A DNA stretch of 63,972 bases, the filler included, from Craspedostauros australis (Eukaryota), in NCBI GenBank assembly GCA_030167865.1. It is 7 parts of 7 records of this genome, joined end to end, with 100 filler letters (N's around TTAATTAATTAA, not from the genome) between each part and the next. Parts side by side here need not be neighbours in the genome. Positions count along the whole stretch, not along the records: positions 18,629 to 50,206 come from JALAGF010004598.1; 6 more parts are not named here. One strand, 5' to 3'. How positions within the stretch are numbered: position 1 is the stretch's first letter; every line of letters begins with the position of its first letter. This document shows positions 24,465-37,130 of this stretch, one piece after another. The notes below the pieces were generated by a model, which had not been told where the DNA came from, made no database searches, and saw only the letters and a program-made list of their open reading frames with translations. Position numbers and translations under genes: made by a program.

Positions 24465-25120
24465 CCTGTTCGTTCGATGAGTATGTAAGTATTATAAGTA
24501 TTATATGTATGTGTGGTATCCCAAGAAAGCGTTTCTTGGATGATGTTTGGCAATGCACTGCTGTTGTGTGTGATTCTGTTGTGCGTATCATGCATTTTGT
24601 GCGATCGGCCTGTTGCCTACTGGGGTACTTTCAGCGCTGTCGCGTGTGTTGCTGGGACACGCCAAGGAGGAGGCGTGGCGCCCTTTTTGCCGCGTGTGTT
24701 TGCGTCTTGTTTGTGGGAGCCGCGGAGGTGTTCGTCCTTTGTTGTTTGCACACGTACTTCTCCCAAAGTCATGAATTGTCGGATTGGGACAAATAATTGG
24801 TGTATCTTGTTAGTGAGAATCGTTGTTGCGACGCTTTGCAAGACGCTAACTGTCGTCTTCGACTTGGCTGTTTGTTGATTTCAGAGTTGGAATGGACACA
24901 AACAGACACATTGGCAGACAGCTTGCTGGCTCTCGTCTTTGCCTTGCTTCGCGTAACGTGACACCCACTTCCAAGTACTGCACTGAGTCTACCGCATCGC
25001 GTAGCATTCTATGAGAAGTCTATCTCTACAATTAGCCATGCTGTTACTTCTACCATCACCATCACAGATACCACACCGATCCATTCAGAGCTCCGGTCAG
25101 GGCAGAATAGTGCTTCACGT

Positions 25121-26896
25121 TTAGCACGTCAGGGTCGATGGCACGCGCGTTGCGCAGAATCGCATCGTTCGGCAATCCTCCTCTCTGGAGATGGGATAGT
25201 GCCTGTTGCCGCTGCTGTTGGTGGAGATCGAGACGTCGCCACCGCTCATGGAGGAGCTGGCGCTGCTGCTCTTGCTGCTGCCGATGCTGAGGCTGTCCAG
25301 CCTCAGGTTGTTGCGGATGCGCGTCCAGACAGCACGTCCAGTGGACTTGCGCTGCGCCTTGTGGGCCGTGTAGGAAACGGGCGCACGCGGAGGGGCGTCC
25401 TTGGCCTCTGGCCTCACGTGCATGGAACCACCGCCATCGATGGTGGAGGCGATGTCCGTCAAGAACGAGGTCGAGGCCGTGTCGTTTTCGCGCTGCACGC
25501 CAAGCGCTGGCGTGGATGGTCTGGAACCGGCCATCTTCCACAGGCCTTGCTGTTTCTGGTGCCTGTACGATGCCTTCGGGATTGGTCGGAACCACGACGA
25601 CGAGGCGGAGGGAGAAGATTTGGAGGACATCAACGAGGAAGAGGATGTCGATGAGGAGCCCATGACAAGCTTCTTCATGTTGAGTCGCATGTTCTTGCTG
25701 GATTTGGTGGTGTTCTGGTTTCCGGTACTGGTGGTGACCGGCAACGAAAGGATGGGCACCAGGTCATCTTCATCTGTCAGTGACCCGATCTTGGGGCAGG
25801 AAGAGAGGATGCCCTTGTGCGTCGCAGAGGTTGTGCTGTAGCCTCTGTGACCGGGCTGCAGTGCTGGGTCCATCTCTCCGTGCACCACCTGCGCATCGAG
25901 ACGCCCCATCATGTGGGCGTGCTGGGCTGCTGGCTGGGTGGTTCGCTTCATGATGATGGCGAGCCGCGTCTGTCCGATCGCGGTGCCCCAGACCTTGGCC
26001 GCCTTCTGGCGCTTCCTCTCTGCCAGCATGGCGTGAGAAGCAGCCTGGCGCAGCCTGCTCTGTCGCAGGGAACCCGACCTTGACTTGTGCTCGAGGCCTC
26101 TCGTGGACATGGGCGAGTCTTGAGATGGCGGTGGAAGCGGCGAGGGTCCCACCCTGCTGTTGCCGTGCGAGGACAATGAAAGGCTGCCGAAAGTCTGGTT
26201 GGCCTTTTGCTGGGTGAAGGATCCCATGGTCTTGCTATGTCTGAGGCCGCCCTGTGGTGCTTTCGCAGCAGCAGAGGTCGAAGCCGAAGCGGCAGCTGTG
26301 GAGAATCCGTCGTTTCGCCGCAGCCAATCCACTGCCTCCTTCGTCTCTGCTTGGACGCGCCTCAGCTCCTTCTTCGAGTACCACATCTGGGACCGCTGCT
26401 CTGCTGTCAGATCCTCATGATGCGGGATGATGTCAGCGACGGTGTGGAGCTTGGGGAAGGTCAGCCCTCTGCCGGTGCTGCAGCAGCCGCCGCCCTCGTC
26501 GGAGAACTTGATCCTCCTGCCCCAGCGTGCGGGTTGGTTGGGCTTGGTGGGGGTGGTGCCCGCTGGGGCCGGCAGTTGCGTCGTGGCAACCGAAGCCACG
26601 GAGGATTGCGATGGCTGCTGGGATGGGGCTGTCAGCGACTGCTCCTCCGGGATCATGCTGAGCTGCATGGCGACTGTGGTTGGACTTCCAGAGCCGCACG
26701 ACGCGTTGCCGCGGTGGTTCCTCTGGCTATCTTGGGTGGAAGAGTTGCCGTTGCTTTTGCTTTTGCTATTGCCATTGCTTTTGCTATTGAATGTGCCATT
26801 GGATGTGGATTCCTTTCGCAGTGACTTCCGTGATCGGATGAACCTGCCAAGACGCCGCTTGGCCTGCCCTCGTTCCTGTGTTGCTTCTTGCGCCAT
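25121..26896 (-). CDS. Hypothetical Ser-rich protein (591 aa) with the diatom-type 'F..IPH..WYS..RGLE' domain
   Basis: Long ORF containing RRIKFS...IPHHEDLTAEQRSQMWYSKKEL...STRGLE...AMLAE...AHMMGRLDA, a pattern I recognise from many uncharacterised diatom proteins. Confidence 0.8.
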   Translation of the reverse strand: MAQEATQERGQAKRRLGRFIRSRKSLRKESTSNGTFNSKSNGNSKSKSNGNSSTQDSQRNHRGNASCGSGSPTTVAMQLSMIPEEQSLTAPSQQPSQSSVASVATTQLPAPAGTTPTKPNQPARWGRRIKFSDEGGGCCSTGRGLTFPKLHTVADIIPHHEDLTAEQRSQMWYSKKELRRVQAETKEAVDWLRRNDGFSTAAASASTSAAAKAPQGGLRHSKTMGSFTQQKANQTFGSLSLSSHGNSRVGPSPLPPPSQDSPMSTRGLEHKSRSGSLRQSRLRQAASHAMLAERKRQKAAKVWGTAIGQTRLAIIMKRTTQPAAQHAHMMGRLDAQVVHGEMDPALQPGHRGYSTTSATHKGILSSCPKIGSLTDEDDLVPILSLPVTTSTGNQNTTKSSKNMRLNMKKLVMGSSSTSSSSLMSSKSSPSASSSWFRPIPKASYRHQKQQGLWKMAGSRPSTPALGVQRENDTASTSFLTDIASTIDGGGSMHVRPEAKDAPPRAPVSYTAHKAQRKSTGRAVWTRIRNNLRLDSLSIGSSKSSSASSSMSGGDVSISTNSSGNRHYPISREEDCRTMRFCATRVPSTLTC

Positions 26897-29800
26897 TGCT
26901 GTGATTGTCGTTGTTGTCGCTATCGCTATTGTGGGGGCTGGTATACAACTGAATGTAGTCTTTGTCTTTGTGATTGTGTTGCTTGATGTGTTCGAAGTAT
27001 TATGATGGGATGATGCTCTGGAGCCTCGGTGGCGACGATGTCACGCAACTTTGGACTTGATGGCACGGAGTCGTGGTATGTTACTGCACTTTGTATCCGT
27101 TTGGAGATGATCTATCTTGGGCGCAGTATGGGTATTGTTGTGCTTGACTGTTTGGTGCGATTCTTGTTTTTGTGTCGCTTGCAGAGTTATGAGCACCTCG
27201 GGCCGCCGCCATCACCAAGGGAGGCGATTGTGCGCGCAATACGCCTCCGCAGCAGCACCCAAAGGCATGTTGCCAACGTCCACGACCGCCTTTGTTGCTG
27301 GAAGGTGAGAGACCAAGCAGCGCTTCTGCGCTTCGTGAGATGGATCAAGTCCATCTTTTCGCCACAACGAGACACCAATCGCACAGATGCGAGATGAAAA
27401 ACTGCGGTCCCGCACAAACATCGATGGGGGAGTAGTAGAGTAAGTATTCGCAGAGAGTCTCTGTTCATCACTACGCCTTCAACCAAACCTGCTCCGAAGG
27501 TTGTTCTTGGCCCAGCGCATTCACGATAAAAACGCTCGTCAAGAATGTCAACAGGTCCTCGCAATAGTGTCTCCAGAGCGTTGTTCCGCGCCTTTCCTTC
27601 GATTGGTTCGTACAAAGTTCGTATAAAGTCGACAGCAATCGGCCAGTCTGTTGTGACTGCTGTTTTATGCTGAATCCATCGTATCGAAAGGGCGTTAAAA
27701 TGGAAGAACAAACGGACACACCGTCGCACGTGCCTTCATGGAACACCGGCGGAGGATGCGTTCAACACACGGAGATTCACAAGTCAGATTTTATCCGCCA
27801 ACAGACGTATGCAACTTCGTCATGTTTCCCGTGGTACTGGGCCATTGTTGAAGGGATGACTTTTCTGGTTGTTTGCTTGTCCAAGGAGACGAGTCAAGGA
27901 TAAATGAGCAAGTCGCAGTATCCTTCGAACGGTATCTGCCGCGGCTCACGTTCCGCGCTGGGTATCCGTTTGTGTCAACTGAGAAATTGAAGTTCTCATC
28001 CGTAACACCGCTTGGCGGAAAGCTGCTCCACGAGATATTTCCACGGTGTCGTAGTTGATAAAACAATGGCCAAAGTCGGGTGAAGAAATCCGAACAGTGA
28101 CAACAACAGGGAATCCGTGGGTCGCAGGAGAATGGCCATTCGACGATCGCGCCCGCGTCGAGCGCATTGGACCCGTCAAGTCCCTGCTCGCGATTCGTAC
28201 AGCGAGGTATCTGTCACAATCAACTCAGCCTGACGACGCGTTGTCGGCAAGACCACGCACAATCGCAGATACTCCGACAGCCTCTTCGGAAGCCAACGGC
28301 GCAAACTTCATCACTGCTCTGTGCGTTCTTCCAGCAAACGCACGCATACACGCGATCGACTGGTGGCCATGTGGCAATGCACCCATGGACATTCGACATG
28401 GAATGAGGAGAAACAAGGTGGCCACTTTGCCACTTCAAAGAGTGAAAGTATCATCCGCTCACGTGTGTTTGTTTGTGTGCGTGTGTGAAGGGAGGACGAT
28501 GTACTGCGCTCCGCTCCAGAGTACAACTGTTGGCATCTATCGCATGTGCTTGCGCGGTTGACACAAAGGTGACAAGCCCCCCAAAAGGTCGACCACGATT
28601 CCAGGACGTGATCGCGCTGGCAAAGGTGTTGCTTTGCATCCGATCTCGTGCGTGGAAAGTGGCAAAGGACAGTCACGGCTTTGACGGCGGTCGTTGTCCT
28701 TGCGGCGGCCAGTTGCTTCAGCGGCGATAGCCACGATGGTGATGGCCATGATGGTGGCAGCTGCAACGCAGCGTACTGAAGCGCAACCAAGATCTTCGTC
28801 AACTCACGTCCTGGGGTGAATGAATGGGAGCGCCGCGAGAGTTGGGCTCCGGTACAAGGTAGGTTGCGAAGAGGTCTTGCTTGTACCTCGCCCTAGCCTC
28901 CTCGGGGGCAAAGATCTCCTTTGTTCGTCCCAAACAGCGACCACTCTTGTCTCCGGAACATGTCTAGAGAGTCGCAGGCTTGTTTGGTATCGGTTCCTGG
29001 ATTATCATCTGGTGGCCACCAAGCCCCCCATGTGTCACCGCTCAGCTATGCAGGCATCCGCACGTATGACTCATACTTCATCAGAATGTCATCCAACTCG
29101 ATCGGTTGCTAAATTGGATGCAATTGATGCGAATCCTCTAGTTGATGCCATTGGCGCACACGGTGCATCATCGAAGAAACGGGTAGGAATGATCCAACAG
29201 ATCACAGGGTCTGACAATCCTTGAATGCACAAGATAAACAGGAGCAAACCCGCGAGAGCTTCGATATCCTTTCGATTCCTTCGCATTTGACGGAGGCAGA
29301 GGACGAGTGTGCATGAATACGGCTCTGGGTGGTCGCGATCTTGTTCGCTTTCTGCTCCCCAGAATACATGGTCACGAACGGCACGGCGTTGTGGATGTTT
29401 GCGCGATGATAGATGTTCTGATTTCTTGGGGTGAATCGACACTCACTGGCATACGTTTCCAGGCAACTGTGGAGACGTGCACCGACTGAGCCGCCAATCC
29501 ATCTTTCACACAATCACAAAGGTGAAGGATCAGAAGAAGACGTGTGGTGCAACCGCCGATGCTGATACCGATCCAACCAACGCCCTTCTTTTACATTCAA
29601 TAGTCCCACTTCCCATTCCAGGAACCGCTGTCTGGCTTCCATCGCATAAGTTGTTGTCGGAATACGAGCAACTTGGAAGCAGATTGTCAGTCGCAACCAG
29701 ACGTGCGGAGCTTCCGCTCTGGCTTGCAGAGACCGAACAAGAGCAAACAGCCTTCACACCATGGCCGCCCCCACTGCTCGTACTCATACACGTCGAGTAT

Positions 29801-31018
29801 GTTCTGGCTCAGATCACGATCATCTCGATCATGTTTCGGGAAGTCGGGATGATAGAAGCAAAAGAAGCTTTCTCATGTGGATTGGTCGGATCGTCGCTGA
29901 CTCGATCGAGGAGAGCCATGGCGAGCCTTGCCACCATTGTTGGCAGAAGCAACTTCTCCGTTCGATCGTCGGCAGCTTTTGGTCGTGGAATGCGGACAGC
30001 GAAGTGCAATGCGACAACGACTGGAGGATCGCTGATCTCGGAAGATGCTCCTCCGCGGACATTGTGGTACTAGAGAAGTCTCTAGATCGCACAATGGCGC
30101 TCCAGGTGCATTGCCCATGCGCAGTGCACATACATTTGCACACTCAAATGTTCCAATACTCTCCACAGAGCACTACTCGTACATTGTACTCGTACAGTAC
30201 ATAATGCTGGAGTGCTCCATTGTGTCACCTCGTACGCAAGCGATGGCCATGTGGATGCTCGTACTGTACCATACTGAAGTGCAGGATCGACCCAACATGC
30301 TGGTGTTTGCCAACATTCCACGTTCATCGATTTGTGCAAGATGTGGACCATTTTTGTGTTCGCCTCTTGGTTGGCGAACCGCAACAAATGGAGATTTCAA
30401 AGAACAACAAAATGGCGCCAACTTGATTAGGGATATACGGTATATTTTAGTATATCCACATTAATCAGATGTGCGACATGAGGCAAGTTGAAGATTTATG
30501 AGGAGAACATCACCCATCGCCACCCAAACGAATGACCTCGCGGAGCAGAAGAACCGCATTCATTGGAACAAGGAGACATCAGAGAAGAACCGCATTGATC
30601 AGAATGATGCGAGGATTTCAGACGGATGACGACTTGGTTTGCGATGGTAGAGATCCAACGCGGGCATGGATGATGTGCAACCCCCAACGGAAGGTGTGTT
30701 TGGTGCGCGGTGCGTTCGATCTCTGCTTGTTCCAACCTGTGAAAGTGAGAAAGCTCACGAGCATGTATGGTACAGGACCCTGCCAAAGCCACGACGTTCT
30801 GGCCGTTGCGATTGATGCAATCGACATCAGCATCAACAGCAGCACAAGGAGAAGGAACATATTATAATCAAGAACACAACCGAGAAGATCATAATCATCA
30901 ACATCATCATTATCGGAAGCACACTCGTACTCCTACTCTTCCTCACCCCGAGCTGCATCATACCATAAACCACAAGCCATAAAATTACAACCAGAACACC
31001 ACAGGAACAAACGCAACA

Positions 31019-31903
31019 ATGACATCGTGGCCATGGATGAAGGACGTTGACGAAGCTCTGACTTCAAAGCCGATGGATCCGGTGGATAAGTACGACAAGC
31101 GAGAGATCGTCGCGGACCTCATCAACGAACATCAGGCGAAGATCTCCAAGATCCGCGATGGTGTGAGCGATCACAAGCTCTTCAACCCATGCAAGCACGA
31201 CGATCTGTGGTTGCTGCGATTCTGGCTGAGCCACAAAAAGTCCGCGGCAGCCATCAAGGCCGCCAAGGTCACGCTGGACCTGCGCGACAAGTACAGGCTC
31301 GACGATGTCGACATCCGCGACATCCCGCCGCATCAAGTCACAACCGGACCCATGTTCGAGTACCAAAAGTACTGCACCGAGGACGCCATCCACCTCACCT
31401 TGCCGGATCCCAAACGCGGCGTCATCGCCTTCCTGCGCATGGCCGGGTTTGACAACAAGGACGAGATGGTGGCCGCGATGACGGAAGAAGAATGGACGCT
31501 GGCATTCTTGTACTGCAGCGAATGGACGCACCAGTGGGCGGACTACGTCACGCGCACCACGGGCCGTCTCACCAAGTCGGTGCGCTTCATCAACCTCACC
31601 GGGATCTCCCTCGCCACCGGTCATCGTGAGGGCGCCCGGCGCGACGGTGTGGCCATGGGCGTCATGGAGGACTGCTACCCGCAGATGCTGGACACGCTGT
31701 TCATTTGCAACGCCCCGGCCCTCTTCCAGGTGTTGTGGCGATTCGTGCGTCCGCTCATGCCAACCCGCGTCGTCAAGAAGATGGACATGATCAACCCGGC
31801 TTCGTCCGAGAAGGAACGCAAGCGCGTGTTTCCACACATCTCCGAAGAAAACCTGCCGACCTTGTTCGGCGGTAAGAATGAGACACCGTACACCAAAATG
31901 TGA
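31019..31903 (+). CDS. CRAL-TRIO (Sec14-like) lipid-binding protein, paralog 2 (294 aa)
   Basis: DDLWLLRFW, YPQMLDTLFICNAP and ENLPTLFGG motifs; colinear with paralog 1 from the first residues (MTSWPWM vs MSSWPWM). Confidence 0.92.
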   Translation: MTSWPWMKDVDEALTSKPMDPVDKYDKREIVADLINEHQAKISKIRDGVSDHKLFNPCKHDDLWLLRFWLSHKKSAAAIKAAKVTLDLRDKYRLDDVDIRDIPPHQVTTGPMFEYQKYCTEDAIHLTLPDPKRGVIAFLRMAGFDNKDEMVAAMTEEEWTLAFLYCSEWTHQWADYVTRTTGRLTKSVRFINLTGISLATGHREGARRDGVAMGVMEDCYPQMLDTLFICNAPALFQVLWRFVRPLMPTRVVKKMDMINPASSEKERKRVFPHISEENLPTLFGGKNETPYTKM

Positions 31904-32555
31904 GCTGAAAAGGGGCCAGAACGGCAGCAACAGCAGCAATGTTGTTGGTGCGTGCGTGGTATGTAGGTATCGCGCGAAGGCGCAAGTACTTCATTTAATC
32001 ATCTATTTATGAACAAACCCACGACTCTCGCCGGCTCTACTTATACCCAGCTAATCGCTAGAGAGCTTTCCGCCCAACTGCGATTGTGATCTTCGCCCCT
32101 GATTCTCCAATGGTTCCAATTCGTGTTCATTAGGCGTGCACGCCCGTAGTTGTTGGATACGAGAGAGGTTATGTCATTGCGTGCGCATGGCAGAGCCAAC
32201 GCTCATTGCGTCGCAACCATCAACAAACAGTGTCAAGTATTTCCACACGTACGAGCTACTCGTTCTTCTATTCGCAGCACAGCTTGTCTTCGACTGTGTA
32301 CCTATGGTACTCCCACCATGCGCGCACATCTCCAGAGTACTCTACTCTATGTCCCAATCTATCAGTGTTGATTTACTTGTTATTAGAGTAGTTCATTGTG
32401 TCTGTGTGTCTGGACAAGTTCTGCGTGGTCGATTGCACTCATCTTGTCTGCAGTCGATCAATTGCTTCTTCGACCGCACGCCATGTAGTGACATTGTCAA
32501 TGCTTTCCGTAGTTTGGTTGCACGGTACGATCAGTGTTGCTTCCCATATTTAATA

Positions 32556-35500
32556 TTAGCACGCAATTCCCAGCGTCAACAAGTAGCGACGCAACCCTTC
32601 GAAACGAGCGTCGTTGCCATGGCAATGCACCACGACGACTACTTGTGTCATCAGTTCCGCGACTGCCAGATCCCAGCAATCCTTCTCACGTGCCTCCCTC
32701 AGCACAGCGGCGCATTCATCCGTCAGGTGCTTCACCTGCTTCGAAAGCGAGAAGAGGTTGTCGCTGAGACGCTTGCGCTGGGCGTACGGGAGAGGCAGAG
32801 TCGGGTACTTGTACGCATCCGGTTGGGTCAGCGCCTTCGATGATGACACGATACGGTACTGCTCCGGACGCAGGTCCATGGCATTTACGAACAGAAGATC
32901 CCCTTGATCTTCGCTGTTCGTTTCCGAGTGCTTGCGCTTCTTGTCTCCGCCCAGAGATGTCTTCATGTAGCGGTTCTTCAGATTGCGGTTGGCCGGAGTG
33001 CCTCTCTTGGGTGTTGCGCTGCCTCCCGACAGGGCGGACATTGGAGAGCTTGCTCCTCTCATGGAACCACGCAGCGATTCGGGTGTAACTTGCGCGCTGG
33101 ATTGGACGAGGCCGATGTTGCTGCGGCGTGCACGATCAGGCGTTGGTCGCGACGGCGATGTGCCATCGGACGCCACGGACTCGGCGCTGGACACGAAGTT
33201 GTTCATTTCTGCCAACGCAGGTGCCAACCTGCCAGGCTCATCCGCCGTGAAGGCGTTGACCGCTGGGTACGTCATGGTTCCGATGCTGCGTGCCAAGGAC
33301 TGCAGGAAGGGACACGTGTGGTTCTGCTTTGGCTGTCCGCACAGCTTGCACCTGTACCTCATCTTGGTGGTTTCGCCAGATGTGGACACCGAGGATCCCG
33401 AGCTCGCCCTCTTTTCGCTTTCCGTGTTCTCCGATTTCGGAGTGACCTTGCTGGCGGTGCTGCTGTTGGTACTACCCGCGTTGGGAGTGCTGGCTGTGTT
33501 GCTCTGGTAGGCCGTCATGGCTGGATACTTAGCCGCCTCACTGGGAACCTGCGGTGGTCGGACGGACACGATATCGGAGTCGCCTTCCTGCATCTCCTCG
33601 ATCGGCGGTCTCTCCTCGAACTCCCACGACAGACGATTGTCGTTCTCGTAGTATCGCGTTGGCAACACCTCTTCGTACTTGTCCTTCGCCTTCATCGTGG
33701 AGCTGCTGGACGCCGACGATCCCGGCGTCACGGTCGCGGAGTCGCCGGACTTCTCTCGGAAGATGGATTGCGATTGGCGTGCCCTCTTGTTGGAGGCCGA
33801 TGATGCCAGTTCAGGGCGATCCTTGACGGTGGTACCTCCGAAGGCGCACACGGCGCTGGTGACGCGTCTTGCGGAAACGACCGAATCCTGCGGAGTGGGT
33901 TCACCGAAGTGCTGCTGCATCTGTCCTTGAGAACCGGCCGACACCGGATGCTCCAGCAATGCGGCTTTCAAACCCGGAAGCAAGAAACTGACATTCTTGA
34001 AGGCGGCCCTGTATTTGCGCAAGAAGATGTAGAAGCCTGGTGACCCGTCCGGTCCATCCTGTTGTTGCTGCAGTTGCATGGGAGGTTGCGGTGGATTCTG
34101 CGGATCCGATTGCAGGTGCGTGCGGTAGATGGGTTGCGTCATTTGCTGCGTCGCTGGCTGGGACGACGATTGCTGTTGTTGTTGCTGTTGTTGCGGAGAA
34201 GATTGCTGTGCTGGTGCCTGCTGTTCCGTGAAGGAACGATTGAGTCCGTTGGTTGCGGTTGGCGTTCCGTTGTTATTGGCGCGCAGCTGACTTTCATCCA
34301 TGGAACCTCTTGTCTTAATCTTGGGACTGCCGCCGACCGAGTAGGAACCGTACATGCCGAGCATCTGCGTGGGGCTTGCCGATCTGCCATCCTGCCCGCC
34401 GAGCACCATGGTGCTGCCCGTGCGCAGGACTGGACCGGCACCGAATGAGTTGCTAGGGCTCATACCAAAGGTGAGGGCACCGGATGCGGATGCTCCGAGA
34501 ACCTGCTGCGCCGTCGATCCCGATCGATGCAGCTGCAAGTCGCCCTTCGCATCACCGGGATCGACGCTGGCGATGGGTCCCGCACCGAACGAAGTGGATT
34601 GCAGATCGAATGGACCGCCCATGTTAAAGTAGTTTGCGGAATCCCCGAAACTGTCGAAGGACTGGTTGAAGAGGGAGAAGGAGGGTGCCATATCTAACGA
34701 TGCAGTTGGTTGGGGTGGACCGGCATGACTCTTGGGGCTCTTCTGTGGCTGTGAAAGTGGATGGATCATCGAGAATGTCCCCAGTTCATTTCGTTTCATT
34801 AGATGCGGATGCAACGTGAAGCAAAAGAGAGAGGAGAAGGCGATGCAAAAACGAAGATCAGATGAGTTCAGAACGTGTGCGGAGCAATGGGAGTTGCAAC
34901 AAAGATCATATTAACGCAACACCAATGTCAACGCAACATCAGCACAACGTCAGCTTACATCGAACGGCAAAGTCGCCTCGGAATCCCGCTTCTGATGAAT
35001 GTGCTGAATCTGCGGTGGCGCCTCAAGACTGAGTGACATGGAGATGAGATCCTCCTGCGGTTTCTTCTTCCATGGTTTGGCCTGCTGCTTCTCCTCGAAG
35101 GACGACGTCGGCGTGCGCAATGCCATGAGAAGCTTCTGCGGACTTTCTTCTTCGGCAGGAGGCGGCACGGGCTCGGCTGGTTTGGCAGGAGGCGGCAGTT
35201 GTTGCGGTACCTGCGGCTGCTGCGCTACGGGCGGTGGACGACGTTCCTTCGGCGCAGCACGTTCCGGCAACCGAAACACGGATGACTTATTGTCTGCCCG
35301 GGGCACATGGATGGGCGTGGGCGTCCCAATGACGCGCGTGACGGAACGGTTGTCGACCTTGTTGTTTTGCCGCGGCATCTTGTAGTAGGGATCGTCGTAC
35401 ATGTTGGGATGCGGGGACGTGGAGGTTTCACGTCGCGGTGCGTTGTCGTATCGCGTCGTCGCCGCACCGTATCGTCTGTCGTACTCGGGTGTGCCGGCCA

Positions 35501-37130
35501 TGTGATGCGCGTGACCGGGATAAGGACGATGATGCGACGGAGGATGCGCCTCGTCGTAGTACGGATCGCGTTCTCTGCGTCCTCTGGTGTAGGCCGGAGG
35601 GTACCCGTCGGACGATGATGGCGGTCCTCGGTATCCTTCCCTGCTGTAGCCGTAGGGATCGTCGCGAGGATGGCGATTGGACGACGACGAAGCAGCCGAC
35701 GGCGGTGGATACGCAGAAGGCCGTGCGGACTGTCGCTCGCCTTCATGCGGTGGCCACGGGCCGCGCGAGGTGCGGTGGTGACCGCCGTGCGAGTGCCGCT
35801 GGTAGGAAGGATGGTACTGCTGCGAATCCCTGTCGTACCGACCGTCGGACGGCATGTGGAAGTTAGAGTAGTTGGCCGGTGGCGGCGGCGGTGGCATGCC
35901 CGACTTGATGCCATCATCGCCAGCTTGCATGTACCGACCCGGCGTTGGTGCGGGCGGCTGCTGTTGCGGACGACCGTACCTGTCGTCACGCGGGCGCTGC
36001 GGCGTTCGCATGTCGGAGTTGCTGTAGCCCCAGGCGGATGGTGGCGGTTGCCTGGAGCGACTTCCGGCCCCACCGGAGCCGGACATGGATTTGGCAGCTG
36101 CCGCGGCCGCCGCTGCAGCAGCCGAGGGACTGGCAGGTGAGGGCGGTGCGGCAATGGCCGACGGCGGTGCCGACGATGGGCGATGGGCGGACTGGCGATT
36201 GCCGGCGCTGATGCTGGCCATCTGGACCGACTCGGCCCTTGAGGCTGGTCTCGGGCGATCATCCGGAGAGCCGTAGTCCATGACGCCGCCTGCCGGTGCG
36301 GATGGGTTGTTGGGTGGCATTGCGGTGGCGACCGGAGGTGCGTTCGATTGCGCCATGTGATTGGTGGAACCCGGACGCGTGATCATGGCCGGAGGTGAAC
36401 GACACCTGGTCCTGCCTCCCCGGCGGCTGGTGGTGGTGGTCGCTGGTGCAGAACCCCTGGCTCCCGCACCCTGCGATGCGTTGGACATGACAGACGTTGT
36501 GGATGCCGGACGGTTGAGGAGCAGGACCGATCCCATCTGACCGGCCGGCTGCTGCATCTGGGACATGGACCGGGGAGATTGTTGCTGGTGCTGTTGATGT
36601 TGCTGATGCTGTTGATGCTGCTGCGGTGACGAACGAGGAGAGCGGAGCTGGTGCATGGCCATGCTGGGCGGCGGAGGCGAAAGTCCCTGGCGAGTTCCCA
36701 TGGCAGGCTTGCGGTTGTCCATCTGCTGAGGAGCGTTGATGCTGCCGTTGAGATCGACACCGTTGCTGTTGGCAGCCACCTGAGAGGAATGATGCGACAT
36801 GTCATCCATCTTCTTTTCCTCGATGAGGCCGCCCGTCTGGTCTGTTGGTGCGATCGTTCCCTGAGGCCTGGATTGGATTGCTGGCGACTGGGAGTGAGTT
36901 GGTTGCTGCTGGTGCTGATGTTGCTGCTGATGCTGCTGCTGATGCTGGGTGGCATCCCTGGACTCTGGAGCTGCACCATTGGTCAAGTCAGTTGGCATGC
37001 CATCCGCCGGACCCTGCTGAGGAGCCTGGCCAGGCTGCTGCTGCTGAGACTGCTGCGGACCGTGCGAAGGAGAGCGAGATGGATGGCCTCGTTGGCGAGG
37101 TGCCATTGCGTCTGGAAGGATGGTCGGCAT
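32556..37130 (-). CDS. Large Q/P-rich protein (~1452 aa) with CCHC zinc knuckle and unknown C-terminal helical domain, paralog A; 2 exons
   Basis: Exon 1 37130-34959, intron 34958-34743 (GTAAGC...CAG, phase 0), exon 2 34742-32556. YRCKLCGQPKQNHTCP at ~33310-33360; ends LRRYLLTLGIAC. Confidence 0.85.

Noticed and set aside
27187..30170. Assorted 90-200 aa ORFs between the RGLE gene and CRAL-TRIO 2
   Set aside because: No motif, codon bias or consistent splice model; they may be decayed sequence, but I cannot support a call.
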